Shown here piece by piece: positions 35,470 to 48,745 of a DNA stretch of 64,000 nt. This DNA comes from Tetramitus jugosus (taxonomy: Eukaryota; Protista; Heterolobosea). The notes beneath the pieces are model-generated. The model ran no database searches. It had not been told where the DNA came from and saw only the letters and a list, made by a program, of their open reading frames with translations. Numbering within the stretch: the first letter of the stretch is position 1; every line of letters begins with the position of its first letter. The DNA lies in NCBI GenBank assembly GCA_937625935.1, contig OW569395.1, positions 243,065 through 307,064 of the forward strand. Direction: 5' to 3'. Both the position numbers and the translations under genes were made by a program.

Positions 35470-37125
35470 ATGATCGGGACTCTACTGTTTGTTGGTATTG
35501 GGACATGGTATTTTCTCTCTCTAATGATATCCAGAAGGAAATGGGAGTGGATTGAAAGAGACATTGAGAAGAACATCCAAGATTCTCTGAAGAAGGGACC
35601 TATTTTGATGAGTATCCAAGGGAAAAGAAGAATTGGCAAGTGTTCTACTACTTTACAATTGTTGGATTCTCTTCACCTCCCCTACTTGATAATCTATGTT
35701 GCGAAAGATGAAAAATTTATGGTGCGTAGGTTCAGGCTGTCACTGGGGTGTGAAATTCGTAAGCTTCCTGAAGTAATCCCTGCATTGTGGAGGCGCATTA
35801 GAGAAGGTACAGTATTCGTTCTGAAGGAGACACAAAACTGCTCCAGCAATTTTCAACTCTTAATTCAAGAGCTAGCAGACAGAATTACACTTGAGAGACC
35901 ACGTGGAGGACTCATTGTCATGGGTTCTTATCAACCAAATGTTGATAGTCATCCACTACATGGGTTTGATAATGTGTTCAATGTCGAAACCTTCAATACC
36001 CGTGAATGGAAACAACTCATGGACAAACAATGGATATCGAAACCTCAACTCATGTTAACTCTGTTCTCGTTATTTGGAGGCAATCCCCATCTGTACAGAT
36101 TATGTTTTGACAAAATGAAGGTGAACAACAAAACCACGAGAGCAGAAATATTGAAGAATGTTATTGATGGTGGGAATCAGAGCATGGTCAAGAACATCAT
36201 GAGAGTTGATGACGAAGAGGGCATGTCGGGACAAAATTCTATAGAAACACAGGTGCCATTTGACAATGATACATCATATCCATTGCTACAGCTAATCACT
36301 GGTGTGAAGGAAACCAAGGTAAGGTTGCTGGATGGTAGAATCTTGGATGTACATGATGATTTTGGAGATATGGATGACTTTGAGGAGAAGCAACTTCAAT
36401 CATGGATAAGAAGCATTGTTAAGGACCGATGTCACTATGAAATACAACCCTTCCCTCATAGAGACTTTAACTTCCTCAAAAAAGTCACCCCACATCTGCA
36501 ATGTGGGAAATTGAAAGGTGTCGACACTGGTATTGATTTGACCTGCAAATTTGCGAATCGAAAGAATGGATCGAGAAGACAAACTCTTGTATTATGTTCT
36601 GTGAAGAGGCAGTTCAATCAATTGGACTGTATCAATATGATTTCACATGTAGAGGAGTTTACGAAACTAGAGAATACCAACAATACGGATATCATCTTAG
36701 TCTTCATAGGTGCTGAGGCGACTTGGAAACAGAAATTTGATTTTGTGAGCAGGTGTCCAATGAAATATCCGTGTTATGCTTTCGATCTTCGTGATATGTT
36801 ACATTTCCCCCGCTTCATTAACTTTGATTTAAGGCGTTCTGTAACTTCATTCATGTTCAAAGTACGACAGGAATGGAAAAGAAACTCATATATAATTGAT
36901 AAGAAGATCCAACAGCCTGCTTCAAAAACACCTGTACCTGTTCAGAAGGAACCTGGAAATGAGAGGTCACTTGCGACTAAAAACTCGGAACCAATTCAGA
37001 CTTCTGAACAGTCAGATCCCACAACAATAACCCAGCCACCAACTGCGTGCTCGTGTTCATGTACTCCCCAACCGAAATTATTAATGAGGATCATTCGAAC
37101 CGAGGGGAACTACTTTGGCCAATAA
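35470..37125 (+). CDS. Archaeal-type (ATPase_2-like) P-loop protein, degenerate, with possible PD-(D/E)xK-like C-terminal region
   Basis: IQGKRRIGK Walker A; VLKETQN in the Walker B position; LIVMGSY; FGGNPHLY; GIDL..LCSVKR; N-terminal hydrophobic segment. Confidence 0.6.
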   Translation: MIGTLLFVGIGTWYFLSLMISRRKWEWIERDIEKNIQDSLKKGPILMSIQGKRRIGKCSTTLQLLDSLHLPYLIIYVAKDEKFMVRRFRLSLGCEIRKLPEVIPALWRRIREGTVFVLKETQNCSSNFQLLIQELADRITLERPRGGLIVMGSYQPNVDSHPLHGFDNVFNVETFNTREWKQLMDKQWISKPQLMLTLFSLFGGNPHLYRLCFDKMKVNNKTTRAEILKNVIDGGNQSMVKNIMRVDDEEGMSGQNSIETQVPFDNDTSYPLLQLITGVKETKVRLLDGRILDVHDDFGDMDDFEEKQLQSWIRSIVKDRCHYEIQPFPHRDFNFLKKVTPHLQCGKLKGVDTGIDLTCKFANRKNGSRRQTLVLCSVKRQFNQLDCINMISHVEEFTKLENTNNTDIILVFIGAEATWKQKFDFVSRCPMKYPCYAFDLRDMLHFPRFINFDLRRSVTSFMFKVRQEWKRNSYIIDKKIQQPASKTPVPVQKEPGNERSLATKNSEPIQTSEQSDPTTITQPPTACSCSCTPQPKLLMRIIRTEGNYFGQ

Positions 37126-37496
37126 AAACCATCTCATGTAGTGAGTTCATCTGCTATTGAAGTCAGGAGTCCACCAGATGGATCGGATGTTTAAAAACTC
37201 AGGTGTCCAAAATCTTCTGCTCTAAAAAATGTCACGAGTGTCCTCAATCCTACTCTTAGGATTGATACATGTACTGCAATCCAAATTGTGGGACTGCCTT
37301 GTAAAGCTTCGTGAATCATGGGATGCTTGTCCTTACTGACAGATTTACCCTTTATCGTCAATTCACAATCTCAGGATCACCGATAGATAGCTGATGATTT
37401 GTCTTTGGAATAAATTTATCCCGATGTGGCTGACTATTCGACATCCAGGAGAGTTGAGATGATGAAACTTCCTCTCCAAGTGGCATGAAACGAAAA

Positions 37497-39395
37497 CTAC
37501 GACGGGTCATTTTTATTGACCTTGTTGTCTGGTTTCTTTGTTTCACCCAAAAAGTATTTGTCAGCAATTGGTTGATTATTTTCCCTAGTTTCAAACCTTT
37601 TGAATCCATCTCCAAGCTTTGGTTTGCCTGCCTCAACATACCATTCTAGGGCCGAGTTGTAATTTCGAGCAATCTTTCCCATGACACCCTTACAAACTTT
37701 CTTGAAAGTCCACATTGACAAGGCACTGTCACTATCCAGTCGACCTCCCATGTTCGACGCAATCATATTATTTACATAACACTTATTCTCCTCAACTGTT
37801 TCTATCATTGTCCACGAGTAGTTTCTCATTGTAACTACCTTTTCATTTTGTGGTTCAGGTCTGCCAACGAGGTCAAAATACTTGCTCCTTATGACTGGCT
37901 TATTCAATTCATAGTAGGTTTTGGTGGTTGAATCGTAGACTGACGATGAGCTGAAATAGGAGATTCTATTTTTCACAAATGGGAGAGCAATCTGTGTCGT
38001 GTGATTGAGGAGAATACTATGGAACATTTCTTGATTCCTCACTTCGTCCTCCAGTGGATCATTTGCCTCCATATTATCATTGTCACCAATGGTCTGAAGA
38101 TCATCATCCTCACCAATGTCATCAATCTCACCACATTCCCTCTTCTTATCCTTTGTTTTTCCGAATATATCCATATCTTCTCTGGGTGCCAACAGAAACA
38201 TGTCAGCATATTCAGTTTCCAGAGAGAAAATCATGGCATGCTTCTCCGTGCTATTCATCAGATGATGTAAATCAGAAGCAGAACAATCCATATTGAAAAA
38301 CACCTTTAAGAGTTTCATCTTTCCGTACTTGCGGTCTGTTTGCGCATCTGTAACTCTCAGTTGACCCAAGAACAGCATGAATGATTTCACATATTTTCCT
38401 TCGACTCTCTCATTGTGAAAGAGTTCCCACTGAACACCGTCTCTGGCCAAATTTTTAGCCATTGCTACATCCTTGCTTGAAATGAACGCTCGTTCCTCAT
38501 CCTTGATATTGTATACCATTTGCTTGAGTTGAGACTTGTGTGTCGCAATCTTTTCCAATTCACTCTGCTTCTTGTACTGTTTTCGAACAAAATCTAGCCA
38601 CGATTCACTTCTTACGAACCGAACAAACGAGTCCTTCTCCAAAGTCCTCAGTATAGATGACAGTGCCGATTGAAAGATTTGAAAGGCTTCCATTGACAAT
38701 GGATCCATCAAACGATCCTTGTTCTCAACAGCAGCTGCACACGTCGAAGAAGAAGAAGACGACGATGATGCAGCAGTTACGTTCGATGTCGACAGAGAAA
38801 GACCTCCCATTGTCAACGGAAAGTAATACTGCCTATGAAGATGAAGTATCGTTGTCGTATGCGTCGCAGTCGTATTCGTGTTTGACGACGTTGTTACATT
38901 GCTGTTCCTTGTGTGAACACCACTTCCATGATTGGATATCGACATGGATGTTGTTTCACTATGATCCGCAGCAGCAGCATCAGCATCAACAAAATATTCA
39001 GCATCATCATTATCAACCATTGCCAGGAATGAATCCAATGCTTGTTCCACAGTCTTACTTGTCTCTGCACTCACATTAATCTGTTGTTTGCTCAGAGAAG
39101 AGAAATAGGTTGAAAAGATGGTTTGAGTCAACTGCCGTAACGCTGACTTCTTGTTTTCGAGCAGAATGGATTGACAGCTCTCCCAGAACAGCAAGCCCTC
39201 ACTATTGAACTCTTTTTGGAGAAAAAGCTTATATTGGTGTCGGGCAGCAGTGTCACACAGGATTTCCTTGAAATGGAATTGATACTCATGGATCTTGAGT
39301 TTCTTTTGGGCCTTCTTCATGGACATTCTTTTTTGAATAATTGTCTTCTTGTTTGTGTGCTCTCTCACAAGTGAAAATTCAGCGAATCTGAACAA
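37497..39395 (-). CDS. RGS-domain protein with C-terminal START-like domain
   Basis: FKEILCD..YKLFLQKEFNSEGLLFWE..IFSTYF..QINVS..F..LEKDSFVRFVRSE (RGS, split by an S/T-rich insert). The C-terminal PFVKNR..W..IETVE..MGGRL is START-like. The true start may be the ATG at 39326. Confidence 0.75.
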   Translation of the reverse strand: MFRFAEFSLVREHTNKKTIIQKRMSMKKAQKKLKIHEYQFHFKEILCDTAARHQYKLFLQKEFNSEGLLFWESCQSILLENKKSALRQLTQTIFSTYFSSLSKQQINVSAETSKTVEQALDSFLAMVDNDDAEYFVDADAAAADHSETTSMSISNHGSGVHTRNSNVTTSSNTNTTATHTTTILHLHRQYYFPLTMGGLSLSTSNVTAASSSSSSSSTCAAAVENKDRLMDPLSMEAFQIFQSALSSILRTLEKDSFVRFVRSESWLDFVRKQYKKQSELEKIATHKSQLKQMVYNIKDEERAFISSKDVAMAKNLARDGVQWELFHNERVEGKYVKSFMLFLGQLRVTDAQTDRKYGKMKLLKVFFNMDCSASDLHHLMNSTEKHAMIFSLETEYADMFLLAPREDMDIFGKTKDKKRECGEIDDIGEDDDLQTIGDNDNMEANDPLEDEVRNQEMFHSILLNHTTQIALPFVKNRISYFSSSSVYDSTTKTYYELNKPVIRSKYFDLVGRPEPQNEKVVTMRNYSWTMIETVEENKCYVNNMIASNMGGRLDSDSALSMWTFKKVCKGVMGKIARNYNSALEWYVEAGKPKLGDGFKRFETRENNQPIADKYFLGETKKPDNKVNKNDPS

Positions 39396-39877
39396 TCTAT
39401 TCGGTAGGTTTCCAAAAACGGTAATTTACCAACACCGTTTTTGGTCCAGACGGATATTTCGCTACGGTATCTTCATGTTGCGTTTTTGCCAAAGTAGTTC
39501 CAATCCAAACCAGGAAAACAAAAAGAACTCAACACGGCGCACTACTGTTCATTGTTCATTACAGCGGGGTTGATTTTAAAAAAGGAGTGCCAATCTCATA
39601 TGGAGATGAGCGATGGATAAACTGATGTCATTCACAGGCAAGAGTTTCCTCATATGTGAGCCGGTTGCTCCAATGTCCGATGAGAGTCACATAAACAACC
39701 TATCGGATGACACGAACGCCATTTTGCGGTATCTTCGAAGTACTACTTCCACTATTATGGTATGTTTGGAAAATCAGGGGCGCTCGCTCGGAGCGCTGGC
39801 ACCAGAACAGTCAACTTACAAATAATTCTGAAGGACAAACAAACAACAACATATTTACACACAGCTACAACAACAAG

Positions 39878-42800
39878 ATGATGAGATTTTTGTTTGTAGT
39901 GTTATGCTTTGCAAGTGTACTTTTTTTGCTCTTGCTCCGTGATACCACGGCCTCTCAAGACTATGGTTCCTTTTTGTCCCAACTTCAAGCCCTGACCGCA
40001 GAAGACATCCCATTTAGATCGCCAGTGATCCATCCTTTTCAGTCCAAAGAGGAGTTAGAGTTTGAATCACAAAGAGATCCCTTTGTGAGCTTCTCTGCAC
40101 GAGATTATCTCACGAGTGTGTCACGTGTGAAACACTTGGCTGATGTCGTTGTGAAACAAACCTTGTCCAAAAGAGCCATCAATCAAGCCAAGATGGAACT
40201 CTCCTCATTGCTACATGAACACTATCCTGTGAAGAAGAATATTAACCTCTTGGATCCCACTACCAATTCTAAGCTCGTGTTCCACTCTGATGCAAAAGTT
40301 CTTGCTGGTACAGTCTCATTGGCCAATGAAGCTTCCATTTCAGATGTGAAATGTCAAGATGAGAGTATTGTCGATATTCGAGTCAGTGATACCACAAGGA
40401 TTGCTCAGTGGATTCCAGGAACACGTATGATCATTCCCTCAAACTGGAAATGTGGTTCAGAACAGGCAGAAAACGAATCTGCAGTGTTCAGACTGATTAT
40501 CCGAAGAGAGGTGAAGGAGCGTGGGAATACCTCGTCTCCAACTTTGATTCGTTTCCACACACAGAAATTGCAACTTCATGACTTAATCGTGAACTCTAAA
40601 GTGACACTGCAATATGATCCTCCAGTGGACAAGATCTCACCATTGACACCAAGACCACCGCAGAATGTGATGACTTCGTTTGTATCAGGTACAAACAACA
40701 CTTGGCACAGTCTTTTCTCAACTTCTCAACACGCGCCAGGTCCACACAAACGATTGATTCCCTATTCTGGATCCGTTAAGAAAATGTTAAGTTTAGCCTC
40801 TTTTAACTATGATGATGATCAGTATGGTCCAAAGGAGGCTAATATGACGTTGTGGAGCGGAACTTCTGACTCTTATTCATACAATGTATATTGTGCCTCA
40901 TGTTTTGCTCATTTGAGTGTTGGGGTTCGTTTGGAACTTGAAACTGGCTGGCTCTCTATTGATCGAATTCGAGTCCTCGTGGGAGGAGTCATCGAGTATC
41001 AATATACGCTAGGGGGTAAGTTGGACATCAACTGGTTTTTAACAAAGAGAGCGGATATGTTGAAAGACATTTTTCTTGGTCAAGTTACCTTCAGCATTGG
41101 CTATATCCCTGTGGATATCACTTTCCATTTTGACTTTTCAATCGAGGTCACAGCCCAACTAGAAGCAGCTATTCACATTTCGCAGCATGGTTCTTTCCGC
41201 AGAGAGCTGTGGACTGGTTTTGAGTACTCTGGAGGCTCATTGCATCGTGTTGATGACTCAGAGTACGGGTCTCCTCATTTTGAAAGGCCTTCGTTGTTCG
41301 CGAACGGAAGTGCAGAAGTCAGGTTAAATATGATTCCAACACTCAAAATTAACCTATGGGGAAGTCTATATTCAGAAGCAACAATTGTTCCGTATTCTGG
41401 ACTAAACATTGACTCCAGTTCAGGTAACTCTTGTCCTACCAGTGATGTGCATTATCAATTTTACTGGGGCGTCGATGCCTACGTCAAGGTCACCCGATTT
41501 AGACTTCCTAGCTTCCTGGGAGGTTCCGATTTGTCAAATAGTGTTGGTCTACCCTGGGAATCAAGTGTTTTTGCTCTTGTAAGCAAGACTCCTATGAGCT
41601 GCAGTTTTTGTTCAGGTTGCGTACTAAACACTATCCGATCGATCACTTTTGATGATCGAGTACTAGATATGCCGTACAAAGTAACTCCTATTTCTACGAT
41701 TGCATCACTCGAAATTACTCTTGGTCTGTATAGCGGAAGTTCAGATAATTACTTGTATATTCCTACGTATCGCATACAAACTGAAACATTATCCTGCACA
41801 AATGGTTGTACGTTCAAGTCTATTGTTCTCAACAATATCAATCCAAAGAAAAAGCTCAGAATTGATCGTATGATCTATAAAACTTTGGCTGGAGACCCTA
41901 TCGTAGCTACATATGATGTCTCGTTTGACATTATCTCATCGATGGGAAAACTCCTAATACCCTCTCAATATCATACAGCGACGCCCAGGGTTCCTTTGTT
42001 TTTGTCGACGGAGTGATTTGGGAGAATACTGGTCTTATTGTGCAATCTAACAATTCGATATATCTCTCCGTCTGTAGTATTGTCGACTCACCCACTTCCT
42101 ATCAATTTTCATTCGTTTATCTAACGGCTGAAGGAGATATAGCTTCACCCATACAAAGAACGATGGATGGGAGGGATAGTAGATTAGTGACTCGGTTTTC
42201 AGCCGATGGCAATATTTACATTCCTGACAGAGTTGTCATGAGATTAAATACTCATTTTGGTGAAGTTGATGCATATTGTGTGCTGGTTGGTATCACTGCC
42301 AATCTGGAGGAGGAGATACTTGACTATATGCCAATCCTCTCCCAACAAAAACAAGAAACAGCAAATCTCAAACTTGTTATTAGTGATCGTTATGAGCACT
42401 ATACTGCCGTTGCTCATGTTGTCTCCAGATCAAATGTATCACGATTTACTCTCTCTCTTGAAATCTATTCACGAGTAGAGATGGGATCAGTCGTCCCCTT
42501 AAATTACGCAATGGAGAATCTAACAAGTCTATTTGAAATTGATTTATCAGATGAAGATCCTTCTATCGTTTATGATTATTATGTGGAGATTACAAAAATA
42601 TTGGGGGATGCATCCTACTTGGTATGTGGTATGACTGAGGACCAAGACTGGTCCAAAGAAATTCGTGCAAATAGTACTGGTGATTTTGTAGAACGTCATA
42701 AGTTGATTGTGCGAGGTCAAGAATTTCTCATCTTGATTCGAAATGCAATGTTCCTCAAAGTATTTTCTCTCATCAAGTTGTATCCTGGCCTTAGTTCTTA

Positions 42801-44082
42801 TCATAACATTGGGTTCCCTCCCTCACTCGATTTAATAACTATGGAAAAAACATTTGTTGCACTGCATTCTCGCCACGATATCGAAAGACTTCACTTTAAG
42901 ATTGTTGCCTATGAATCTGTGGATATCAAGTGTGAACAATGTTATTTCGACGTATCTTTTAGGCTAGTTGAGCTACCAGAGTATCGGATTGTTCAGGATA
43001 TTCGTGTTTTATCCAACGTGTCCAATGTTGTAGAAACTACTATTGAGTTAGGAAATTTGGAAACAAATGGTATAACTTTGAGCACTATTCTCGAGAATTT
43101 TAACGTTGAGGTCATAGTTCGTCCAGTATCAGCTACACCTTTCACTGTCCGAATATTCTTCTCCCAATCATTAGTTGTTCAACAACTCGCCAAGCAGCAG
43201 GGAGTCATCGAACAAAATCAAGTACTTCACTATTATATTCCCAAACACTTGATTCAAAATTATCGAGGTGTTGTAGTAGAGGTATTGTCGTTGGAAGGAG
43301 TCAACGGTAACATTGATCTCATCGTTGGCCAACCAGGTCTCATTCCCTATCAAGCCGCGCCAAGCACCATTCTAGTTGACAGCTCAGGATCAGGAAACTA
43401 TACCGCATTGGCCCGGATGTTTGACTCACCTACCCAAACACGAAACCTCAGATTCCAACCAGATAACTATTATCTTTCTGTTTCAGCCGCGAGAAACACG
43501 AAATATTTGATGAACATTAGAGAGTTGTTGCCTGGATCTATCACTGTACAAATCAGAGGAAACAAATTGAATGAATCCAGTGTGGTAGTAGTGAATGATG
43601 GATTGGAAGTCACTCTGCTGATTGAGCAAGGGGATCAGAAGTGGAATACTGAGCTCGTTGTTCCATCAGAGCGCGGATCTCTTTTGGCACAAGAGTTGCT
43701 CAGCCAACTCAAGAGTAGTAAGAATTATACCAATGGGTGGAACAAGCAGGTGTTACCAAAGCTCACTTCCCTTCTTCGAAATGTAACAATGATGAACCAA
43801 GTTATCTTCTTGTCCAGTCCCTTCGAGTTAGTTATTCGTATTCCGGCGATCAAAGAGTACCAGTTATCTGTTGCGGAAACCGAAATTATCACACTTTCAA
43901 AAGTTGATCCAATGTTCTTCTCTACAGGAGAAACATCCATGGAGGTGAAGGGCTCTTTTTCTCTGTTCACTCCACCATCAGTTGACACCTCAGCAAGCAC
44001 CATTAATTTTGCAGTAAGAGGCCAAAGATACAACATTGTTATTGTCCTGCTTGCTCTTTTTGCTTATGTAGTTCTGCAATAA
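39878..44082 (+). CDS. Large secreted / putative GPI-anchored surface protein, interrupted by a -1 frame change between 41929 and 42013
   Basis: Signal peptide MMRFLFVVLCFASVLFLLLL; YCASCFAH motif; the second ORF is open from 41929 in the -1 frame and ends in a hydrophobic GPI-like tail (SASTINF...IVIVLLALFAYVVLQ). Confidence 0.6.
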
Positions 44083-44147
44083 AGATATCGATTTAGACTG
44101 GTTCCACCGCATGCTTTTCCAACATGTTGTTTATTACATTATTACAA

Positions 44148-45449
<1,302 letters not shown>

Positions 45450-45785
45450 CTATACTTTTGATTCGTTGATTTGATGTTTTTTTTGGTTGGGAGCAAGCTT
45501 GCTCTCTAATTTGTGATCTGGGCAGCTTGCTGTTTTGTTCACCCATTCAACAGAATTTTATTGAAGGTAAACTGAGTTTTTGATACCCTAAATTGCCAAA
45601 CAAGGTTGTTGTTTCGGGGGAGTTTCGGACACCAATTTCTCCGTTGAACAAAAGGAGTTTTTTCTGAATACAATATGGTTATTTATTACCATCATCATCA
45701 AATTTTGTTGAGCCTATGCTGTGTGTACCTTGTGTCTTCATCGTTTGGATAAAGCTTTCTCCTAGTTTATACAAAATCTACATGT

Positions 45786-46295
45786 TCACAAGAGTACTCC
45801 AATAAAATGACCCAATCTCTCTCTTCTCTCAGGAACACGACCTGTGGTAGGCAATCCATAGGCAGTCAACAAAGCATCAATGTCCCCTCCAGTCATTGTG
45901 TTTCTTACATCTTGTGCTCTGTTTGGAAAGTTTGGAGGAACAATACCTTCATTGGTTTCGAGTCCTTGAAGAGTACCAGTACCAGCGTTAGCATTGTGGA
46001 TTCTAGCACAGTTTCTTCGTTCCATTAGGTCCATTCTATGTGTAATCTGGGTATTCACATCATGGATGGAATTTTGTAGGTTGGTGTTCATGGTGTTCAT
46101 GTTGGTGTTCATGGTGTTCACGGTGGCAACGAGAGCGTTCAATCCAGTTTGAAGAGCAGTCAGTTGCTCTGGCACGTTTGCTAGTTGATTGGTCAAAGTG
46201 GTCAACTCTTCAACAGGGATGTCACAGGCAGTACCTTGAGTGTTATTGATGAGATCTTGAGGAGAATTGTTCATTTTGGGTTGATTAGAAGCCAT
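45786..46295 (-). CDS. Mug135-like C-terminal domain protein, copy 1
   Basis: Coiled coil, then [34 protein letters not shown]. Confidence 0.6.
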   Translation of the reverse strand: MASNQPKMNNSPQDLINNTQGTACDIPVEELTTLTNQLANVPEQLTALQTGLNALVATVNTMNTNMNTMNTNLQNSIHDVNTQITHRMDLMERRNCARIHNANAGTGTLQGLETNEGIVPPNFPNRAQDVRNTMTGGDIDALLTAYGLPTTGRVPERRERLGHFIGVLL

Positions 46296-47492
46296 GAGTG
46301 TTATTTTGTTATTGGTTGTAGTAGAAGTAGCGCGCGAAAAAGTTCCATCAATTCATTGAACCGAAAAGTGCGCCAACTGTTACATTACAGAGAAGGTTGA
46401 CCAACTTTTTAACGTTCCTTCATTCCTTGTTAAGTTCACTTGTGTTCATGCAACTCACACTGGAAATAACCTTAAGACGGTTAAGTTTATCAACAAGATT
46501 CCATCTACGATCACCAAGACCACATCCATTCCGGTTTCCTTAGCTCTCAACAATTGTGTTAGCGTCGGGACTATTGAGACAGTTACTTTGACAGTAAAAC
46601 GACAGAGATGGAGCATGTCGTTGTCTGTCGAGGTTGATGAGATGCTTGAGCTGCAGCCCTTGTTGCACATGATCTTAATCGCTTGATCGGCTTGTTTTCT
46701 AGAAATAGGAAATCCATGTCTCGAGTGCTATCCAAAACGACACTGGGTGCGATACGTCCATCAAATCGGCGTCAGGTTTCTCAGATTTGATAAGTGAAGT
46801 TTTTTTGGTGAGACACCAATCGATCTACCCTAATCTGCTGTGACAACCTTCCAATTCATCTATGTCATACTCGCGAGATGGAGTACTAGAACAGCCATGG
46901 CATTCGTATCCCTTTGCACCCCATCATACTTCAGAATACGCTCTATCGTGGTCGTTCATTGCAACGAAATCAGAGCAAGTTGGGAGTTGGCTTGCACCAA
47001 TTATGATATTGTGACCTTTGCAAAAAGGAAAACCTGTGAAATCATTAAATTATAGTATCATTCGTGCCGTCTTTGTTTCAAGAACCAGAAAGAAAAGTGG
47101 TATCTACCAATATCTCAGGAGAACCGTCATCTGCTGAGGTAAGCATTTTCCCTTTCGACATGAAACCATTTGACAAGTTTAAAATCAACAGTTGTCGGTC
47201 TTTATTGGGTAACTTCATTTGCCAAGGAAACACTGAGCTACTTTAAGCAGTACAACAGTCATACTCATTCTATTTACACAATAAGCAGAATCAATCAACT
47301 TGCATCAGTTTACTAGGAGAAGAATAGAAACTTCAAGGACATAGTGAAATCAGAAGGCCTCACAATAGGACAAGTTTCATTGATAGGTGAATGAAGTGTC
47401 AAAGTTCAAGCTGATGGGAAAAGAATAGGCAAATTAAGCTTGGCAATTAAGTTGGTCAACATTGAACAAAGTCCAATGCACCATCAGGAAGA

Positions 47493-47800
47493 TTATTTAC
47501 AACAAGAACATCTCCTACCTCTAAAAGGTGTAAAGGAGAAACAAAGCGGATGGAAAAAACTGTTACATGAGGAATAATGGTTATGAACTTCACAACCAGC
47601 ATGATATTGACAATCACCACAAGTATGTTCCCAACAACTACATGCATAACCACATATTCCGAAACATTTCCTGTAGGGACTAGGACATGCTTCATTCTCA
47701 TTCCTTCACCACTCGGACTTTGGTTCTCTATTGATTCTGTACTTGTATGTGAGAGCATTAGGTACCACAATGCGAAAACATGTGTAACATGGACCCTAAC
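47493..47800 (-). pseudogene. Cys-rich secreted-type protein remnant
   Basis: A minus frame not in the ORF track reads CPSPYRKCFGICGYACSCWEHTCGDCQYHAGCEVHNHY..CSCCK*, with an in-frame TGA at 47706-47708 upstream. Confidence 0.55.
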
Positions 47801-47806
47801 GTTCTT

Positions 47807-48745
47807 CCTTGCAGCAACAGAAACAGTAGCTTCACCACCACCATTGGTAGCTTCTGTGGCGGCTGCCTTCTTCTTGAGCTTCTTCTTGTTCACCTTTTTC
47901 TCCGTGGTTGGTTCAGCTTGTTGCACAGTAGTCGCTGCCCAGCTTGCTGTTTTGTCTCATTCAACAGAATTTTATTGAAGGTAAACTGTATACAACAAAA
48001 GTTTTTCAGATACAATTTGGTTTGTTTATTACTATCATCATCAAATTTTGTTGGACCCATGCTGATGAATCTGTGTACCTTGTGCTTCATCGTTAGGAAA
48101 AAGCTTTCTCCTAATTTATATACAAAATCTACATGTTCACAAGAGTACTCCAATAAAATGACCCAATCTCTCTCTTCTCTCAGGAACACGACCTGTGGTA
48201 GGCAATCCATAGGCAGTCAACAAAGCATCAATGTCCCCTCCAGTCATTGTGTTTCTTACATCTTGTGCTCTGTTTGGAAAGTTTGGAGGAACAATACCTT
48301 CATTGGTTTCGAGTCCTTGAAGAGTACCAGTACCAGCGTTAGCATTGTGGATTCTAGCACAGTTTCTTCGTTCCATTAGGTCCATTCTATGTGTAATCTG
48401 GGTATTCACATCATGGATGGAATTTTGTAGGTTGGTGTTCATGGTGTTCATGGTGGTGTTCATGGTGTTCATGTTGGTGTTCATGTTGGTGTTCATGGTG
48501 TTCACGGTGGCAACGAGAGCGTTCAATCCAGTTTGAAGAGCAGTCAGTTGCTCTGGCACATTTGCGAGCTGATTGGTCAAATTGGTGAATTCTTCAACAA
48601 CGACAGTGGTGTTGTTGGTGAGACCCTGGAGGGCATTGCTAAACTTGGGTTGATCAAAAGCCATGGGTGTTTGGTTGGATTTTTTTGTTCAGTACGAAGC
48701 AATAAAAAGTTCCATCAATTTATGGAATAGTAAAGCGCGCCAAAC
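47807..48745 (-). repeat. Segmental duplicate of about 45274-46380 (METAP2 5' fragment + Mug135-like gene)
   Basis: 47811-47939 copies the METAP2 N-terminal coding sequence ([33 protein letters not shown]), then jumps to the sequence matching 45522 onward. The downstream gene is near-identical in its 3' part. Confidence 0.9.
48137..48664 (-). CDS. Mug135-like C-terminal domain protein, copy 2
   Basis: C-terminus identical to copy 1; expanded NTM/NTNM repeat; divergent N-terminus. Confidence 0.6.
   Translation of the reverse strand: MAFDQPKFSNALQGLTNNTTVVVEEFTNLTNQLANVPEQLTALQTGLNALVATVNTMNTNMNTNMNTMNTTMNTMNTNLQNSIHDVNTQITHRMDLMERRNCARIHNANAGTGTLQGLETNEGIVPPNFPNRAQDVRNTMTGGDIDALLTAYGLPTTGRVPERRERLGHFIGVLL

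Noticed and set aside
46400-47450. Fragmented minus-strand ORFs
   Set aside because: Too decayed to assign.
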